Shown here piece after piece: positions 62,992-64,000 of a DNA stretch of 64,000 nucleotides. Under the pieces are notes generated by a model that saw only the letters and a list, made by a program, of their open reading frames with translations, did no database searches and was not told where the DNA came from. How positions within the stretch are numbered: the first letter of the stretch is position 1; every line of letters starts with the position of its first letter. Origin of the DNA: Octopus sinensis (Eukaryota); contig NC_042997.1 in assembly GCF_006345805.1 (NCBI RefSeq), positions 198,648,001-198,712,000 on the forward strand, given 5' to 3'. The position numbers and the translations under genes were made by a program.

Positions 62992-63654
62992 TGAAATCGT
63001 TGATAAAAAATCTGCCCACGAGTTAAGATCTACTACTACCATGTTTTTATTGATGTAATTCACCTCTCTGTCTATATACCTACCCTCTTTGTAATGTTGA
63101 CAAATGGAATAAGTATAAAAATGAACATTGTCAATTTAATTTAAAAAAATTTCATATGTGGCTGAAGAGTGCTCTACATTTTAAAACTGATGTAATACTT
63201 ACATTAATTAAATGAAGTAGCATGAAACGATTGTACTACACTACCTTGGATATCCTTGTTGCTTATTTTGATTATGTATATATATATATTATAAAGAAAA
63301 TGGAGCGTTTGAATACAGTAAAGTCAATTTATTTACATAACTGTCGATTACATGAGGCCTACAATCATTTCAGTATCCAATTTCATTCATTTTACAATTG
63401 CATTATGAATTCAAATGGTAGAGATCTCTTCAAGGCTAAAATCGACATATTTCTTTACATTCTAATAGATGGTGTTCATTATAGACTAAGATAGCATCAT
63501 GCATTTTTGTGTGTGTGTAAGTATATTTGGCTTTAAGCTTAATCGCCTTATGTGTCTTCTTTCTCCATGTATGTGTCTGCGTCAGCTTATCTGTCTTTGC
63601 AATTTTATACCCAAAATAGTCAGATGTCAAGTTTGACCATAGCATTAACACTAG

Positions 63655-63693
<39 letters not shown>

Positions 63694-63714
63694 TTAGATA
63701 TGTTTCGACCAAAA

Positions 63715-64000
63715 ATTGGTCCAGGCCATGTCTAACTTAATAGCACCACCTGATAGGATTATTCGAATCCTGTTTAAGGCAAGTTTTGTTCAAGTAGTGA
63801 GTTCTTGTTGGGTGAGTTGTATCAAGTTTTGTTCAAGAAGTGAGTTCTTGTTCGGTGAGTTGTATCCAATTATGGGTGGCTTATCTGGTATTCTTTTAAG
63901 GAATCTATCCAGACTCCGTTTAAAGTTGATAGGATCCTTTTCCTCTTTGATCTCCCTTGGGACAATGTTAAATAGGGCAGGGCCTGTTGAGGAAAAGAAA
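63715..64000 (-). mobile_element. 3' end of a CR1/L2-group LINE with a 43-bp tandem duplication (63781-63866)
   Basis: Minus-strand FFSSTGPALFNIVPREIKEEKDPINFKRSLDRFLKRIPDKPP; continues past the window edge. Confidence 0.8.

Overview
AT-rich, repeat-dense eukaryotic (animal) intergenic or intronic DNA. The tRNA-headed SINE families and the pervasive (TA)n/(CA)n/(CATA)n/(GATA)n microsatellites point to an octopus genome (inference from family resemblance, not a database hit). No intact protein-coding gene, tRNA/rRNA gene or CRISPR array is supportable; nearly all listed ORFs are by-products of microsatellites or SINEs. The window holds about 40 SINE copies in about 4 modular families, decayed CR1/L2-group LINE RT fragments, three decayed mariner transposons, two GG-terminal MITEs with 8-bp TSDs (Merlin-like), two non-autonomous Helitrons, Penelope-like terminal-repeat fragments, and several long foldback (inverted-repeat) elements. 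Main result: reading both strands reveals a population of type I hammerhead ribozyme motifs (CUGANGA core, GAAA, NUH site). About 6 are near-intact and about 7 are decayed. They share a palindromic helix III whose sequence differs between copies (ACAGCUGU, AUCACGUGAU, ACCCGGGU, ACUCGAGU, ACGUACGU, ACUAGU, ACGU), which is covariation. All three large GC-richer foldback elements carry, contain or adjoin such motifs, and the 32.4-32.8 kb foldback carries one in each polarity. Structures were folded by eye; catalytic activity and transcription are untested.
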